A DNA stretch of 64,000 nt from Anaerostipes sp. (GTDB taxonomy: Bacteria > Bacillota > Clostridia > Lachnospirales > Lachnospiraceae). Position numbers and translations under genes: made by a program. The notes under the pieces were generated by a model. It was not told the origin of the DNA and did not search any database. It saw only the letters and a list, made by a program, of their open reading frames with translations. The stretch spans positions 135,313-199,312 of the forward strand of contig NZ_JAGZSD010000003.1 in NCBI RefSeq assembly GCF_018381315.1, read 5' to 3'. Of the stretch, positions 45,632 to 55,459 are shown piece by piece (position 1 is the stretch's first letter; every line of letters starts with the position of its first letter).

Positions 45632-46832
45632 AACCCATTTTCCTCCTGATATCTTTTAAACTCGTAATAAAACGCTGAATATCTTCTTCTGTATTGTAAA
45701 AAGATATGCTGGCTCTTGCCGCCGAAGGCACACCCAGATACTGAAGCAGCGGCTGTGCACAGTGATGTCCTGCTCTGACGGCTATATGCTCTGCATCCAG
45801 AACAGAGGCAATGTCATGGGGATGCACTCCTTCCAGAGTGAAGCTTAAAATACCGCTGTGATCCTCTGCATTCCTGCTGCCCAGAACCCGGATGCCCGGA
45901 ATTTTCTGCATTTCTTCCAATGCTGCAGCCGTGAGCATTTCTTCCCTTTGGCGTATCTTTTCCATTCCGACCGTATCTATATATTCAATGGCTGCCCGAA
46001 GCCCTGCAGCCCCGGCTCCGTTTACCGTGCCGGCTTCAAATTTATGGGGAAGGGGTGCATAGACCGCTCCATTTCTTGTAACTGAGTCGATCATCTCGCC
46101 TCCTGTAAGAAACGGCGGCATCTTGTCAAGAATCTCCTTCTTCCCATAGAGAACCCCAATTCCCATAGGCCCCATAAGCTTATGTCCGGAAAACGCCAGA
46201 AAATCAGCGTCCATGGAAACCACATCCACAGGCATATGCGGTGCACTCTGAGCCGCATCAATGAACACCATACCTCCATTTTTATGGACCAGATCAATGA
46301 TCTCCTTTACCGGGCTGACACGCCCGGACACATTGGAGATGTGAGTGACCGCTGCAAATTTTGTTTTGGAGCTCACGGCCCTTCTGACAGCTTCCCGGCT
46401 GAATGTGCCGTCTTCCCCACATTCCAGAAAAACAAGAGATGCCCCGGTCTGTTTCGAAACCATCTGCCACGGAAGCAGATTGCTGTGATGTTCTGCGATG
46501 GTGACAAGAATCTCGTCTCCCTCTTTCAAATGATGCAGTCCATAGCTGTAAGCCACAAGATTGATACTCTCCGTTGTGTTTCTTGTAAAAATGATTTCTT
46601 CAGCCCTGGACGCATGGATAAAATTTCTCACACTTTCCCGGGCCTGTTCATATTGGTCTGTAGCTTTTATGCCCAGGCTGTAAAGTCCTCTCATCGGATT
46701 CGCGTTATACCGTTCATAAAACTCCTGCTCTGCCTTTAAAACAGGCCACGGGCGCTGGGAAGTTGCCGCATTGTCCAGATAAACAAGTTCTGTCCGGCAA
46801 AGCAGAGGAAAGTCTTTTTTAAAGTTCTCCAT
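45609..46832 (-). CDS. sufS: Cysteine desulfurase (group II, SufS)
   Basis: LVYLDNAATSQRP, SGHKLMGPMGIGVLY (PLP lysine) and RAGHHCAQP. RBS GGAAGGAGGG before ATG 46832. Confidence 0.9.
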   Translation of the reverse strand: MENFKKDFPLLCRTELVYLDNAATSQRPWPVLKAEQEFYERYNANPMRGLYSLGIKATDQYEQARESVRNFIHASRAEEIIFTRNTTESINLVAYSYGLHHLKEGDEILVTIAEHHSNLLPWQMVSKQTGASLVFLECGEDGTFSREAVRRAVSSKTKFAAVTHISNVSGRVSPVKEIIDLVHKNGGMVFIDAAQSAPHMPVDVVSMDADFLAFSGHKLMGPMGIGVLYGKKEILDKMPPFLTGGEMIDSVTRNGAVYAPLPHKFEAGTVNGAGAAGLRAAIEYIDTVGMEKIRQREEMLTAAALEEMQKIPGIRVLGSRNAEDHSGILSFTLEGVHPHDIASVLDAEHIAVRAGHHCAQPLLQYLGVPSAARASISFYNTEEDIQRFITSLKDIRRKMGYGQQDLL

Positions 46833-47895
46833 CTCTTTTCCCTCCTTCCAGATATAAATCCACTTGTTTTCTAATCTCTCTGACCGGAATCTGTTCACAT
46901 AAAGCGTCAATTTTAGCCCGTGCCAGCATCCGTTTAGCCTCTTCCCCGGAAAATCCCCTGGAGCATAGGTAAAACATCATCTGCTCGTCCAGCCTTCCGA
47001 TCGTTGCCCCGTGGTTTCCTTCCACATCATCCTCTCCGCAAAGAATCAGCGGAACGGTCTGGTTGACCATATGACCGCCCAGCAGAAGTACATCTTCTTT
47101 TTCTTCTCCTTTTGAGCCGGAAGACCCGGAAATAAAATCAATGGTGCCCCGGAACAGTTTAAATGCACCTTCTGCCAGGACACCAGAAACATCCATCAGG
47201 CTTTCTGTTCTTCTGCCTCTGTGCCGGGCTGTATAGTTCATGTCCAGATGCTGCTTTTGGCTTCCGGAATACCCGATTTGAGCTTTAAAACTGCTACCGT
47301 CACCCAGAAGTTCCACAAGTCCTCCCGCATAAGCTTTCCTGGCTCCCAGTTCAAGCCTCACCACTTCCACCTGGGCACCCTCTCTGCAGATTCCTCCGAT
47401 ATCGTTGAGGCTGACAGAAGACTCATTGAGGATCTGTACCATAAATAAACGAACCCTGGCACCTTCCCCGGCATAGATTTTGGTCTGGAGAGCGGAAATC
47501 CCCTCCCCTTTATCCGAAGAGCGGCAGATGACCGCTGCTGTCATAGAACTGCCTTTCCCGGCATATAAATGCAGTGTATTAAAACATTTCTCACCTGCCC
47601 GGAGATTAAAATCAATCACTGCCGGTTCTTCATTCAAGTACCCCGGTTTGGACACCAGCAGATCCGGTTCTGTACTCCTGCCCAAGAAGTCCATATCCGT
47701 TCCCATGCCGGTTTGGATCTCTGTCCAGACGCCGTCTGCCATCTCCGGGTCTTTTGGATTCCATTGAAGCCCCGGCCCGGAAAACTTTGGGGCAGCGGGA
47801 TATTTCTTCTCTGTTTCAATGCCGGAAATCCGGCTTTCATTCATGCCAAGCTGATTCCATGTGCGGGAAGGCAGCCTGTTTACTGTTATATCCAT
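46819..47895 (-). CDS. sufD: Fe-S cluster assembly protein SufD
   Basis: SufBD-family beta-helix protein located between sufB and sufS. RBS AAAGGAGGAAG. Confidence 0.8.
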   Translation of the reverse strand: MDITVNRLPSRTWNQLGMNESRISGIETEKKYPAAPKFSGPGLQWNPKDPEMADGVWTEIQTGMGTDMDFLGRSTEPDLLVSKPGYLNEEPAVIDFNLRAGEKCFNTLHLYAGKGSSMTAAVICRSSDKGEGISALQTKIYAGEGARVRLFMVQILNESSVSLNDIGGICREGAQVEVVRLELGARKAYAGGLVELLGDGSSFKAQIGYSGSQKQHLDMNYTARHRGRRTESLMDVSGVLAEGAFKLFRGTIDFISGSSGSKGEEKEDVLLLGGHMVNQTVPLILCGEDDVEGNHGATIGRLDEQMMFYLCSRGFSGEEAKRMLARAKIDALCEQIPVREIRKQVDLYLEGGKRDGEL

Positions 47896-47911
47896 TCTTT
47901 CTTCCTCCTTT

Positions 47912-49321
47912 TTAACCGATACTGCCCTTCATTTCCAGCTGAATCAGATTGTTCATTTCCAGAGCATATTCCAGCGGCAGTTCTTTCGATATGTTATCTG
48001 CAAATCCGCTCACGATCATTGCCCTGGCATCTTCTTCGCTGATGCCTCTGGACATAAGATAGAATATGGCGTCATCACTGATTCTTCCGATCTTTGCCTC
48101 ATGTCCCACGTCAGCGTCGTCTGTACGTATATCCATGGCAGGAATCGTATCTGACCGGGAAATATTATCCAGCATCAGGGACTGGCAGGAAACGGCTGCT
48201 TTACTGTTCCTGGCATGTTTTCCGATCACCACAGAACTTCTGAAAGTGCTGGCACCCCCATCCTTGGAAATAGACTTTGTATTGATAAAGGATGATGTTT
48301 CTGCCCCGCTGTGCACTACTTTTGCTCCCGTGTCCAGATTCTGGCCGTTCCCTGCAAATGTAATTCCGGTAAAATCCATTCTCGATTTCTTCCCCTTTAA
48401 TATAGTCATAGGATACAGATACGAAACACGGGAGCCGAATGACCCGGATACCCACTCCATCGTTCCGCCTTCTTCGACCAGAGCTCTTTTTGTGTTCAGG
48501 TTATACATATTTTTTGACCAGTTCTCAATGGTGGAATACCTGAGTTTGGCGTTTTTACCGACAAACAGTTCCACGCAGCCTGCGTGAAGATTTGCGGTAT
48601 TGTATTTGGGCGCAGAACAGCCTTCAATAAAATGCAGTCTTGCTCCCTCGTCCACAATGATCAATGTATGTTCGAACTGCCCGGCTCCCGGCGCATTCAG
48701 CCGGAAATAAGACTGCAGCGGTATGTCCACTGACACTCCTGGAGGTACATAGACAAAGGAGCCTCCGGACCATACAGCGCCGTGCAGAGCTGCAAATTTA
48801 TGATCTCCCGGTTTTACAAGCTTCATAAAATGTCTTCGTATCATATCTGCATATTCACCCCTGAGAGCACTTTCAAGATCCGTATAGACAACTCCCTGCG
48901 CAGCCACTTCCTCCCTGACACTGTGGTACACCAGTTCAGAATCATACTGTGCACCTACCCCTGCCAGAGATTTTTTCTCGGCCTTAGGAATACCCAGAAG
49001 TTCAAATGTATTTTTAATATCCTCGGGTACTTCCGACCACTTGGCACTCATATGGGTATTAGGGCGAACATAGGTAACAATACGGTCCATATTTAATCCC
49101 TCAATGGACGGCCCCCAGTCCGGAACCTTCATAGAATCATAAATTTGAAGAGCCTGGAGCCGGAACGTCTCCATCCACACCGGGTCTTTCTTTTCCCGTG
49201 AAATCTGCTCTACAATACCGGCGGTCAGCCCTTCCTTTACTTTGTAGGCATCTTTCCCCTCATTTTTTATGTCATAGATGCTCCTGTCAACATCGTCCAC
49301 ATACGTTCTTTCCTTCATCAT
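47912..49321 (-). CDS. sufB: Fe-S cluster assembly protein SufB
   Basis: 469 aa, strong SufB signature throughout (e.g. GAETSSFINTKSISKDGGASTFR). Confidence 0.9.
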   Translation of the reverse strand: MMKERTYVDDVDRSIYDIKNEGKDAYKVKEGLTAGIVEQISREKKDPVWMETFRLQALQIYDSMKVPDWGPSIEGLNMDRIVTYVRPNTHMSAKWSEVPEDIKNTFELLGIPKAEKKSLAGVGAQYDSELVYHSVREEVAAQGVVYTDLESALRGEYADMIRRHFMKLVKPGDHKFAALHGAVWSGGSFVYVPPGVSVDIPLQSYFRLNAPGAGQFEHTLIIVDEGARLHFIEGCSAPKYNTANLHAGCVELFVGKNAKLRYSTIENWSKNMYNLNTKRALVEEGGTMEWVSGSFGSRVSYLYPMTILKGKKSRMDFTGITFAGNGQNLDTGAKVVHSGAETSSFINTKSISKDGGASTFRSSVVIGKHARNSKAAVSCQSLMLDNISRSDTIPAMDIRTDDADVGHEAKIGRISDDAIFYLMSRGISEEDARAMIVSGFADNISKELPLEYALEMNNLIQLEMKGSIG

Positions 49322-50082
49322 GCTTCCTCCCTTCCGGCAGGTGTATCAAACTGTTCATATCCTTCATCATTGATCTTCTCCACCAGAGAGCCGTCCCCTG
49401 TTTTAACGATCTTCCCGTCTGCCATGATGTGTGTATAATCTACGTCCAGCGCATCCAGAATCCTTGTACTGTGGGTTATGATCAGAAGCGAGCCTTTTCT
49501 GTTCTTCTGATATTCTTCAATCCCCTTGGATACCAGCTTCACGGCATCCACATCCAGACCGGAATCTGTCTCATCCAACACTGCAAGATCAGGTTTGAGC
49601 ATCATGAGCTGAAGAATTTCAGACTTTTTCTTCTCCCCTCCGGAAAAGCCCACGTTCAGGCTTCTCTCCCCATATGACGGATCCATCTGAAGGATTTCCA
49701 TCGCCTTATTTAATTCTTTTTTAAAATTCCACAGTTTAATCCGGCGTCCGCTCTGCTGTTCCATGGCATTTTTTAAAAACCGGTTCAAAGGAAGCCCAGG
49801 CACCTCCAAGGGTTCCTGAAAGGACATAAACATTCCCATTCTGGCCCGCTTATCTGCCGGCTCTCTTGTAATATCTTCTCCTTTCAGCAGAATCTCTCCT
49901 TCTTTTATCCTATATTTGGAATTCCCCATCAGCACAGCCCCCAGGGTTGATTTTCCAGCGCCGTTGGGCCCCATCAGCACATGGGTTTCTCCCTTTTTGA
50001 TGTTAAGACTGACCTTGTGAAGAATTTCCTTATCTTCTATATCCACTGTAAGGTTTTCTACCTTTAGTATTTGTTCTGACAT
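49318..50082 (-). CDS. sufC: Fe-S cluster assembly ATPase SufC
   Basis: LMGPNGAGKST Walker A, LSGGEKK ABC signature and LAVLDETDSGLD Walker B. RBS GGAGGAAA before ATG 50082. Confidence 0.9.
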   Translation of the reverse strand: MSEQILKVENLTVDIEDKEILHKVSLNIKKGETHVLMGPNGAGKSTLGAVLMGNSKYRIKEGEILLKGEDITREPADKRARMGMFMSFQEPLEVPGLPLNRFLKNAMEQQSGRRIKLWNFKKELNKAMEILQMDPSYGERSLNVGFSGGEKKKSEILQLMMLKPDLAVLDETDSGLDVDAVKLVSKGIEEYQKNRKGSLLIITHSTRILDALDVDYTHIMADGKIVKTGDGSLVEKINDEGYEQFDTPAGREEA

Positions 50083-50168
50083 AATTTCCTCCATTCTGCC
50101 GCTTAACGGCAACTTCTATATAAAAGTATGTTAAATCCTACTATTTTTATAGGAATTATTGCAGTTTC

Positions 50169-50197
50169 ATTGTAGTCCTGTTTTCTGTTTTATTCAA
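50169..50197 (-). promoter_or_regulatory. Promoter of the suf operon
   Basis: Minus strand -35 TTGAAT (50192-50197), 17-nt spacer, -10 TACAAT (50169-50174). Confidence 0.5.
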
Positions 50198-50266
50198 GAA
50201 ATACGGCGGTTAATAAGAACTTTTCTCAAAACGACAAGATTTGTTGTATAAAATCCATAAATACGG

Positions 50267-50296
50267 AAAGGAGCCGGAATTCTATCCGGCTCCTTT
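50267..50296. repeat. Perfect 11-8-11 palindrome AAAGGAGCCGG-AATTCTAT-CCGGCTCCTTT between divergent suf and small-protein promoters
   Basis: Read directly from sequence. A GC-rich palindrome in an AT-rich intergenic region, abutting the -35 of the plus-strand promoter. Confidence 0.6.
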
Positions 50297-50323
50297 GAAT
50301 AATATGGAATCAAGGTGTATAAT
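50295..50323 (+). promoter_or_regulatory. Strong sigma-A promoter for the 72-aa protein gene
   Basis: -35 TTGAAT (50295-50300), 17-nt spacer, TG-TATAAT (50316-50323). Confidence 0.6.
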
Positions 50324-50360
50324 ATAAAAGACTTTTTAACAACAACTAAGGAGGTTCCCC

Positions 50361-50579
50361 ATGAAAATCAAAACAGAAGTGCAGTTTCAGGGCCACAACG
50401 TATCTGTTGCGGATGTGGAAAAAATGGTAAAGGAAGATATTAAATCCAAAGGAATCAAACTGAATTCCTTAAGTTCACTGGAGATCTACTACCAGCCGGA
50501 AAACCGTTCCGTTTTCTATGTGGCAGCGGCCAAAGACGGCAGTGTAATTGACAATGAAGATGCACTGACCGTTGAGTAA
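50361..50579 (+). CDS. Small conserved-looking hypothetical protein (72 aa, soluble)
   Basis: RBS TAAGGAGGT 6 nt before the ATG. Has its own near-consensus promoter and a strong terminator. No recognisable motif. Confidence 0.5.
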   Translation: MKIKTEVQFQGHNVSVADVEKMVKEDIKSKGIKLNSLSSLEIYYQPENRSVFYVAAAKDGSVIDNEDALTVE

Positions 50580-50596
50580 TTTCTTATGAACTACAT

Positions 50597-50655
50597 ATCC
50601 CCCTGCTGCTTTTTACTGTCATGGCTATAAAAAGCGGCAGGGGGATTTCTATTCT
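50597..50655. terminator. Bidirectional rho-independent terminator between the small gene and the GPH transporter
   Basis: ATCCCCCTGCTGCTTTTT-loop-AAAAAGCGGCAGGGGGAT (18-bp stem, one mismatch) followed by TTCTATTCT. Confidence 0.8.
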
Positions 50656-50656
50656 C

Positions 50657-52054
50657 TTACAATTCTCCCCTTGACTCCCGTTCTGTCAGTTCTTCCATAA
50701 TATGAGGATAAATTTTATCCAGCTTGTATAAAAACAGAGTTATGATCACGGCAGTCCACACGATCATCGGCCCGAATTTATAAATGTTAATAATCATATG
50801 TATGGCACTGTCCGGCTGCACCATGCTTCCGGCAGTAGAACTCAAATAGCCTGCAGCAGACAAAAGACTTGTGATAATGGCGGATGTCAGCCCTGCCCCA
50901 AGTTTCATTCCAACAGAACTTCCTGCAAAGATCAAACTTTCCTGCCGGATGTGGGTCTTCCACTGTCCGAATTCCACCACATCTCCCAAAAATCCAAACA
51001 CAATCGAATTAAGCGGTGCCAGTCCGATTCCACGGATCACACAGCTGAACACCATAAAACCAAAATTCTGAGGATTGATAAAGAAAATTATATGTCCGGC
51101 AAATGCAAGACAGGCACCGGCTAATGACATATTTCTTTTTCCGAAACGTCTAAGCAGGATAGGACTCATAAAGGTGACGCCCACGATAATGAGTGTCTCT
51201 GTCAAATACAAGGCACTGTACATCCATGTATCATTGTGAAAAATATATTTACAGTAATAAGGCAGGATCGTTCCTGTTACACAGTAAATTCCGTTCTGCA
51301 TGGTCCAAAGTATAACCACTGCCCAAAAATACTGATTTGTCACTAAGGCTTTCAGCGCCTTCTTGGCAGGTACTTTAGACTGCCTTTTTTTGGCCTCAAT
51401 GACCACGGTCTCCCTGCACTTGAAAAAGCAGATCAGCAGCAACAGCAGTGCAATAGAAGCCCAAAGAGCCATGGTTTTAATCCATGCCGCCTGGTCATTT
51501 CCAAACAACTTTACTACCGGCATAGTACAGGTAACTGCCAGGATCCTTCCGAACGGAGACAGTCCCATTCTCACTACACTCAGCATATCCCGCTCTGAAG
51601 ATATCCTGGTCATCATAGCAGATAAGCTGCTGTACGGCAGGTTGATCGCTGTATAACAGACAGTGTTGCAGAAATTATAAGTCACGAACATATAGGCAAA
51701 CTGCACTGTGGCTGTGCTGTCGGGAACCGCAAATAAAAGAACTGCTGAGAGAGCAAAGGGCACACACATCCAGAGAAGCCACGGTCTTGATTTACCCCAT
51801 CTGGTTTCTGTCTTCTCTACAATCACACCCATTACAGCATCTGATACTCCGTCAAACATTCTGGATAAAAGCATAACAAGGCCCACGGTCGCCGCACTTA
51901 CCCCTACATAATCTGTATAAAATAATGTAAGCAGCGTACTGATCATACCGAATACCACATTACATGCAGTATCTCCGCAGCCATAAGCAAATCTGGTGCC
52001 CCATCCCAGCCTCCCGGCGGCTAAATTTTCCCTGGACTTTTTATTTTCATTCAT
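50657..52054 (-). CDS. Glycoside-pentoside-hexuronide (GPH):cation symporter family transporter
   Basis: GPH-type N-terminus (RLGWGTRFAYGCGDTACNVVFGMISTLLTLFYTDYVGVSAATVG, WGKSRPW). RBS GGAAGGGAGA before ATG 52054. Confidence 0.8.
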   Translation of the reverse strand: MNENKKSRENLAAGRLGWGTRFAYGCGDTACNVVFGMISTLLTLFYTDYVGVSAATVGLVMLLSRMFDGVSDAVMGVIVEKTETRWGKSRPWLLWMCVPFALSAVLLFAVPDSTATVQFAYMFVTYNFCNTVCYTAINLPYSSLSAMMTRISSERDMLSVVRMGLSPFGRILAVTCTMPVVKLFGNDQAAWIKTMALWASIALLLLLICFFKCRETVVIEAKKRQSKVPAKKALKALVTNQYFWAVVILWTMQNGIYCVTGTILPYYCKYIFHNDTWMYSALYLTETLIIVGVTFMSPILLRRFGKRNMSLAGACLAFAGHIIFFINPQNFGFMVFSCVIRGIGLAPLNSIVFGFLGDVVEFGQWKTHIRQESLIFAGSSVGMKLGAGLTSAIITSLLSAAGYLSSTAGSMVQPDSAIHMIINIYKFGPMIVWTAVIITLFLYKLDKIYPHIMEELTERESRGEL

Positions 52055-52073
52055 TCTTATCTCCCTTCCGCAT

Positions 52074-52991
52074 TCATAAGATAAGCTCTTTCTCAATCCG
52101 TTCTCTGGCTTCCGGCGCCTGCTTCTCCATCTTCTCCGGAAATCCAAACATGGATACGCATGCAATATTGTCTCCTCCCGCCTTCGGTGCATCTTCCCTT
52201 AACTGGCGGTTTGCGAAATCCATTTCTCTCAGCGTCTCAAAAATTCCGTCAAAATCCACATCCCCTTCACCCATAGCCAAATGCTGATGTATCGTCACAT
52301 CCGATTTTCCTCTTTGGTTTAACCACGGCGGGTTGGCAATATAACGGCAGTCTAAGGTCTGGTTAAATGTGTCGGCAAACAGCACATGTGTCAATTCCTC
52401 ACCTGCATACTGCAGCATAGAACGCACATCTCCTTTTCCTTCATCGTAGAAAAACCCATGCGGAGAAGAATATACATATCCTAAATTGGGCGAACGGAAA
52501 GATTTTACTAAGTCACAGGTCTCATTATTCAGTTCACAAAAATCATAGGGATGAGACTGAATCTCTACACGAAGTCCCTCTCTCTCAATGATAGGCAGCA
52601 GTTCTTCCATAGATTTAAACCACATGCCATTGCATAATTCCTGCTGATTCGGATCCCCGGAAAGCTCCGTGTTGATCACCGGCACACCCATGTCCACAGC
52701 GATCTCAATCATCCTCTTCCAGTTGGCTACTGCCATCTGTCTCTGTTCCTCTGTCGGCCCGGACCAACGGTAAACCACGATAAAGGAGGAAATCTCCAGC
52801 CCGGTCTCCTTCAGTGCTTTCCGGTACTCTGACTCACATTCTTTGGAAAACAGTGGATGTTTATAAAACGGATTGATTCTCGGATGGGGAGATTGTTCAA
52901 TGTACTTATAGCCCCAGTCTGCCGCCTGATGTACCATCCGGTTAATATCCATCTGTTTTGCAAGGACATCTACGTCAAATGCTATCTTCAT
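52074..52991 (-). CDS. Xylose-isomerase-like TIM-barrel protein (sugar phosphate isomerase/epimerase family)
   Basis: AP-endonuclease-2/xylose-isomerase-like TIM barrel profile. RBS AAGGAGG before ATG 52991. Confidence 0.75.
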   Translation of the reverse strand: MKIAFDVDVLAKQMDINRMVHQAADWGYKYIEQSPHPRINPFYKHPLFSKECESEYRKALKETGLEISSFIVVYRWSGPTEEQRQMAVANWKRMIEIAVDMGVPVINTELSGDPNQQELCNGMWFKSMEELLPIIEREGLRVEIQSHPYDFCELNNETCDLVKSFRSPNLGYVYSSPHGFFYDEGKGDVRSMLQYAGEELTHVLFADTFNQTLDCRYIANPPWLNQRGKSDVTIHQHLAMGEGDVDFDGIFETLREMDFANRQLREDAPKAGGDNIACVSMFGFPEKMEKQAPEARERIEKELIL

Positions 52992-53079
52992 ATATAATAC
53001 CTCCTTCTTAAGAAAGCGGATATTCATTCCGAAATAGGGTTATGAATATCCGCTTATGTCTTGCATACTTTGGTCTGTT

Positions 53080-54018
53080 TTATTTGCTGATGGTCTGGTT
53101 CAGTGCGTCAATAGAAGTAAGAACCCCCGCTTCCACAGACATAGTCAGATCTTCCATTTCAAGGGATACGTCTCCGTCATATCCCATCATGCTGAGTACG
53201 GAGAAGAATTCCTTCCACCATTGCAAATCTTTCCCGCATCCTACTGCTACATAGTTCCATACGCGGTCTGCAGACTCTGTAACCGGTCTTGGTTCCAGAA
53301 TACCGTTGGTATCAGCAAGCCCCCGCTCGATGCGGGCATCCTTTCCATGCACGTGGAAAATACAGCCTTTTAGTGCTCTTGCCGCCGCAATGGGATCAGC
53401 TCCCAGAATCATCATATGTGACGGATCGAGATTGATTCCGATCATAGGATCTGTGGCTTCTCTAAGTTTTAACATAGTCTCTGCACTCCACACCATAGTT
53501 CCCGGAAATTCCTCGATGGCAATCTGCTCTACTCCGCACGTTTTACAGTGTGCGGCAAACTCCTTCCAGAAATCAATAGTCACTCTCCACTGGTACTCAT
53601 AAGCGGGTGCCATAAAGTCAGGCCATGATATGGTGGAGGTAATCCAGTTGGGAGTTGTATCCGTCTCGTTTCCTGCAGGAAGCCCTGCCATGGCAACAAT
53701 CTTCTTAACACCCAGCTTTCCGGCTAACCTGGCACATGCATACATAGAATCCTTATATTCTTCCCCGGTTTTTGTTGGCCAGAGCGGATTGCAGGAGGTA
53801 TTCAGGGCTGAAATCCGCATTCCTCTCTTAGTAAGTTCCGCCTGAAAGGCTTCCAGTTTAGACGGATCTTCCAGTAATTCTACGGTATTGCAGTGTTTTC
53901 GTGCGCCCCAGCCTCCTGCGGTCATCTCCACCGCATCAATTCCAAGAGATTTTACCTTGTCAAGCATATCTGTAAAAGAAAGCTCTGCAAATACATCGGT
54001 ACATATTGCTAACTGCAT
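53080..54018 (-). CDS. Xylose-isomerase-like TIM-barrel protein (second copy, sugar phosphate isomerase/epimerase family)
   Basis: MQLAICTDVFAELSFTDMLDKVKSLGIDAVEMTAGG... typical N-terminus of the family. Confidence 0.75.
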   Translation of the reverse strand: MQLAICTDVFAELSFTDMLDKVKSLGIDAVEMTAGGWGARKHCNTVELLEDPSKLEAFQAELTKRGMRISALNTSCNPLWPTKTGEEYKDSMYACARLAGKLGVKKIVAMAGLPAGNETDTTPNWITSTISWPDFMAPAYEYQWRVTIDFWKEFAAHCKTCGVEQIAIEEFPGTMVWSAETMLKLREATDPMIGINLDPSHMMILGADPIAAARALKGCIFHVHGKDARIERGLADTNGILEPRPVTESADRVWNYVAVGCGKDLQWWKEFFSVLSMMGYDGDVSLEMEDLTMSVEAGVLTSIDALNQTISK

Positions 54019-54033
54019 ATCATTTCCTCCTAA

Positions 54034-55212
54034 TTATTTAAAGTCAACCCAGACTCCGCCTTTATCAGCAGATTCTACACATTTGGTTACCCAGCGGATT
54101 CCTTCGATACCTGCATTAATATCAGGATATACCAGATTTTTTAACGTCTCTTCGTCACCGCGGTCTTTCGCATCCATTGCGACAGCAAATTTCAGATAAA
54201 TATTTGCCCAGCTCTCCGGAAGTCCTTCCGCATGGAGTGCACCGAGACGCTCATCTTCATTACACTCATCATATAGATAAGGCATAGAACGGATCATCTT
54301 TCTGATCGGTTCTCCCTGTACCTGATACAGCAGTTCATTAGGCTGATTGTCTGAAAATTCAACGGAGGCTTTGGAACCGACAATGCGGATTCTGTGCCCA
54401 TCCATGCATCCGGCATTCACCGCGGAGGCCCACATCCGTCCTACGGCTCCGTTTTCATAACGCATCATCACATAGGCATTGTCCTCCAATGGTGCACGGG
54501 ATTTCACAAAGCTCTGGCGGTCACATAGGATTTCTTTCAGCTTCAATTCCGGGCATACCAGTTCGGACATATAAAATGTATGCGTGGATAAATCGCCAAG
54601 TACAAAGGACGGACCTGATTTTTCCGGATCCACACGCCATTTCTGTCCTTCTGACTCTTTATCTCCAATCTCATCGCAGGCAAATCCATGAGTATACTGG
54701 AGTTCTACCATATGGATATCTCCCAGATCACCATTCTTTACCATCTGACGCATCTGCAAGAGGAGCTGGCTTCCTGAAAATCCGTAGGTAACCCCCACAA
54801 TCTTGTTCATTTTTTCTGCCAAAGCTTTGATTTCTTCTCCCTGCTCTGTTTTAAAGAATAACGGCTTCTCACAGATTACATGAAGACCTGCCTCTAAAGC
54901 AGCCTTTGCAATCTCAAAGTGCGTAAAATTTGGTGTTGCAATGGATACAACTTCAATTCCATCCGGACGTTTTGCCTCTTCTTCAAACATAGTCTTATAA
55001 TCAGGGTAAAGCCGTTCTTCACTGACACCTAAATTTTTTCCAAAATCCCTGCAGCGCTCAAAGTCAATATCAAATGCTCCTGCTACAAGTTCAAATGCTG
55101 TATTGTCTCTTAGTGCTCCCAGGCGGTGCTTGTAGCCTACATTCCCTGTACGTCCGCCCCCAACCATAGCCCAGCGGTAAGGTCTCTTGATCTTCTTTTC
55201 ACCGTTTAACAT
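54034..55212 (-). CDS. Gfo/Idh/MocA-family NAD(P)-dependent oxidoreductase
   Basis: N-terminal Rossmann fold (WAMVGGGRTGNVGYKHRLG), EKPL motif, 392 aa. Confidence 0.85.
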   Translation of the reverse strand: MLNGEKKIKRPYRWAMVGGGRTGNVGYKHRLGALRDNTAFELVAGAFDIDFERCRDFGKNLGVSEERLYPDYKTMFEEEAKRPDGIEVVSIATPNFTHFEIAKAALEAGLHVICEKPLFFKTEQGEEIKALAEKMNKIVGVTYGFSGSQLLLQMRQMVKNGDLGDIHMVELQYTHGFACDEIGDKESEGQKWRVDPEKSGPSFVLGDLSTHTFYMSELVCPELKLKEILCDRQSFVKSRAPLEDNAYVMMRYENGAVGRMWASAVNAGCMDGHRIRIVGSKASVEFSDNQPNELLYQVQGEPIRKMIRSMPYLYDECNEDERLGALHAEGLPESWANIYLKFAVAMDAKDRGDEETLKNLVYPDINAGIEGIRWVTKCVESADKGGVWVDFK

Positions 55213-55459
55213 TTTTCATTTCTCCTTCACATAAATTTCATTATTATTGTTTTCCTAAATAAGCAGGGAATCCCTTATGATACAGAGCGCGCATTTCGGA
55301 TATATTGAACAAATACTATGTATTTATCTCACTTTCTTTGTTCATTTCCTTTACTGTAATTGCATTATAATCTATAATAGACCCATGGTAAATACTGCAT
55401 CTTGTCTAAAACTTCATCATTCTTGCTTTATTAAAAAAGAACAAAAAGGAGAGATTATT

